Part shown: positions 61,713-64,000 of the stretch, in pieces
Layout of the letters: the number at the start of each line of letters is the position of its first letter
Numbering within the stretch: position 1 is the stretch's first letter
NCBI GenBank assembly: GCA_041178425.1
Contig: JBEGVH010000029.1
Coordinates: forward strand, 1 to 64,000
Source: Pseudomonadota bacterium
GTDB taxonomy: Bacteria; Bdellovibrionota; Bdellovibrionia; Bdellovibrionales; Bdellovibrionaceae
Direction: 5' to 3'
Length of the DNA stretch: 64,000 nucleotides
Position numbers and translations under genes: made by a program
Notes under the pieces: model-generated
Seen by the model: the letters and a program-made list of their open reading frames with translations, nothing else
The model's database searches: none
What the model was told of the DNA's origin: nothing

Positions 61713-62900
61713 TTAAGGTAAAAAGATTTCTCGAATAGGAACTTGGCGATTGTAATTACTACTCATCACTCGACCATAAGCCCCGGAATCAATAATGGCC
61801 AAAAACTGCCCTTCCTCTAAGACAGGCAGATCGATCGAAGACGCAAGCACATCGGCACTCTCACAAATGGGCCCCACAAGTTGATAATTCACCACACTGG
61901 CATTCGTGTTTTCAACCAAGGGCAGTACACGATGTTTAGCTTCGTAGAGTGCTGGTCGCAAAAGATGGTGCATGCCTGTATCAACAATGGCAAAGCTGTG
62001 GTGAGTAGTTTTTTTAATATACTCCACTCGCGTGAGCAAAGCGCCAGCGTGAGCCACCAACCAACGTCCAGGCTCTACCATGAGCGATTTGGAAAGGCCA
62101 CCCCAACTCTCGTTGATTCGTCGTCCCCACTCCTGCGCAAGCGCTAATTCTGCCGCTTCATCGCTGCGGTCGTAAAAAATACCCAGTCCCCCACCAGCAT
62201 CAAGAGTCTCGAACTCAAAACCTTTACTCTTCCAATCCTGAATGACTGGCACAAGCTTATCATAAGCTTCGCTGCAACCACTCAAGTCAGTGAGCTGCGA
62301 GCCTATATGAACACTAAATCCCTGAAAAACTAAATTGGGATTGGAACGAAAAATCTTTTCGCAGTCGCCGAGCGCTTCGAGTTCTATACCAAATTTATTA
62401 TTTTTTAGTCCGGTCGCAATATAGGGGTGAGTTTTGGCATCCACATTGGGGTTTACACGCAATCCAATGTGAGCTTTTAAATGGTGCTGCTGAGTTAGGT
62501 GGCTCAGCCGCTGGAGCTCAGGAACACTCTCTACATTGATTTGCCGAATCCCCAAACGGAGAGCTAAAAGAAGCTCCCGCTCACTTTTGCCAACGCCAGA
62601 AAAAATAATTCGGTTTGGAGGGCAACCTTGCTGAAGACTCCAATCGAGTTCTCCCCCAGACACCACATCCATACCAAATCCAAGATCAATGAATTGGCGA
62701 AGAACGTCTCGATGATCATTGGCCTTCATGGCATAGAAGATTTCTGTCTTCTGCGGCAACGCGGCTTTAAGAGCCTTTGCTCGATGTGCCATGTGAGGCC
62801 CATCATAAACATAGATTGGGCCATCGTAGTTTTCGAGCAGTTCTAAAAGTGAAGAGTCCTGATCAACGAATTTCAATTTTTTCTCTTTATAAATCAACAT
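61713..62900 (-). CDS. lysA: Diaminopimelate decarboxylase
   Basis: FYAMKAN (PLP Lys), DVVSGGEL, FSGVGKS, HIGSQ, GGGLG, EPGR, GPICES.D, GAYG..MSSNYN. Confidence 0.96.
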   Translation of the reverse strand: MLIYKEKKLKFVDQDSSLLELLENYDGPIYVYDGPHMAHRAKALKAALPQKTEIFYAMKANDHRDVLRQFIDLGFGMDVVSGGELDWSLQQGCPPNRIIFSGVGKSERELLLALRLGIRQINVESVPELQRLSHLTQQHHLKAHIGLRVNPNVDAKTHPYIATGLKNNKFGIELEALGDCEKIFRSNPNLVFQGFSVHIGSQLTDLSGCSEAYDKLVPVIQDWKSKGFEFETLDAGGGLGIFYDRSDEAAELALAQEWGRRINESWGGLSKSLMVEPGRWLVAHAGALLTRVEYIKKTTHHSFAIVDTGMHHLLRPALYEAKHRVLPLVENTNASVVNYQLVGPICESADVLASSIDLPVLEEGQFLAIIDSGAYGRVMSSNYNRQVPIREIFLP

Positions 62901-62956
62901 GGTTTTAAGACTAACATTTGACTTTTCAAAGAGTCAAAAACCATAATGCGAATCCT

Positions 62957-63637
62957 ATGAACACAGCAAAAAGTTTTAGCATCGGTACCTCTGCCCATGG
63001 ACTTCCCATCAAGGCCTTTGAATTTGGGTCACCCCAATCGCCCAGCATTCTGTGCCTGGGAGGAGTTCACGGGGATGAGATTGAAGGCGTGACCCTCGCT
63101 TGGTCACTTTGGGATGAATTCATTAAAGACTTTCCTTACAAACTCCATTTGATCTTGATTCCCGAGATGAATCCCGACGGCGTGCTCTATAAAACCAGAG
63201 TCAATGCCAACAAAGTGGATCTCAATCGAAATCTCCCCACTCAAGATTGGATTTCTCAAACATTAAATCCGCGATACCCTCCTGGCCCCCACCCCGCCAG
63301 CGAACCCGAAACCAAGGCGTTTTTAAAATTGTGGGAGCAGCACAAATTCCAATTTGTGTTCTCTCTCCACTCTTGGAATCCCCTCATTAACACCAACGGA
63401 CCTTGCGGCGAAGTGGCGGATGTTCTCCATCACCATCTTGGCTCACCCGTCGAACCATCAATGGGATATCCAACGCCTGGAGCCCTCGGAACTTTCGCCG
63501 GCCTCGAAAAGGCCGTACCTACTATCACACTTGAAATTCAACGAGGGCTTCTTAACGACCAAGTGATCGAGAAATACAAGCCCGCCATGCTCGCGGCCTT
63601 AGGCGCCCTCGACAAAAAACTCAACTCTCCCACTTAA
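62957..63637 (+). CDS. mpaA: Murein peptide amidase A-like M14 Zn-carboxypeptidase
   Basis: GGVHGDE, NPDG, R.NAN.VDLNRN.P, SEPET, SLHS, GYPTPGALG, ITLE. Confidence 0.85.
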   Translation: MNTAKSFSIGTSAHGLPIKAFEFGSPQSPSILCLGGVHGDEIEGVTLAWSLWDEFIKDFPYKLHLILIPEMNPDGVLYKTRVNANKVDLNRNLPTQDWISQTLNPRYPPGPHPASEPETKAFLKLWEQHKFQFVFSLHSWNPLINTNGPCGEVADVLHHHLGSPVEPSMGYPTPGALGTFAGLEKAVPTITLEIQRGLLNDQVIEKYKPAMLAALGALDKKLNSPT

Positions 63638-63650
63638 AAGGAATTCGTCC

Positions 63651-64000
63651 ATGCCTTCTGCTACCCTCCAAGAAATGATTGAAGCCATTTACATTAAAGT
63701 TCAAGGTGGTGTCGCGATCAGCGATCTCTCTTCACTCGAAACGCAACAAATCGAGCAAGTCATTGAAGGACTCGATACTGGAACCCTTCGCGTTTGCGAA
63801 AAGGTTCAAGGGCTTTGGATCACCCACGCCTGGGTGAAGCAAGCAATCCTTCTGTATTTTCGTATGACAAAAATGCAGACGATGGACGCCGGAGATTTTA
63901 ATTTTTTCGATAAGATCCCGGTCAAAAAATGGAGTGAAGCCGATAAGGTTCGAGTTGTACCACCCGCTTTTGTGCGCAAAGGAGCATTTGTGGCTCCCGG
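63651..64000 (+). CDS. dapD: Tetrahydrodipicolinate N-succinyltransferase (5' part; truncated by the window edge)
   Basis: Manual translation: ...LDTGTLRVCEK..W..HAWVKQAILLYFR...FFDKIPVK...VRVVPPAFVRKGAFVAP. Confidence 0.93.
   Translation, partial: MPSATLQEMIEAIYIKVQGGVAISDLSSLETQQIEQVIEGLDTGTLRVCEKVQGLWITHAWVKQAILLYFRMTKMQTMDAGDFNFFDKIPVKKWSEADKVRVVPPAFVRKGAFVAP

Overview
A mostly core chromosomal segment of a bacterium whose gene content and protein style suggest Bdellovibrionota (inference). Housekeeping genes: yicC-gmk-rpoZ-rel, guaB-guaA-dnaE, ggt, secG, ctaA, greA, tRNA-Leu(TAA), lysA, mpaA and a partial dapD. These are interspersed with many orphan secreted proteins. Most notable: (i) a five-gene URC-type pyrimidine ring-opening operon (CoA-acylating semialdehyde dehydrogenase, URC1-like cyclohydrolase, URC4-like protein, upp, udk), plus a CBS-less GuaB paralogue that looks like a GMP reductase; (ii) a 163-bp GC-rich non-coding element at 43636-43798 with perfect 36-bp inverted arms around a multi-hairpin core; (iii) the 5' end of a RAYT/Y1-type transposase with a hairpin and a 21-bp tandem repeat at the left edge; (iv) orphan secreted proteins with cryptic catalytic motifs (lysozyme/SLT-like, clan CD protease-like, tandem class II cytochrome c, protein glutaminase, clan GH-A hydrolase); (v) a decaying accessory islet next to tRNA-Leu; (vi) a candidate ~80-nt sRNA and a symmetric divergent lysA/mpaA promoter. 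No CRISPR array, rRNA, prophage or integrase is visible. All family calls come from motif recognition by eye, not database searches.
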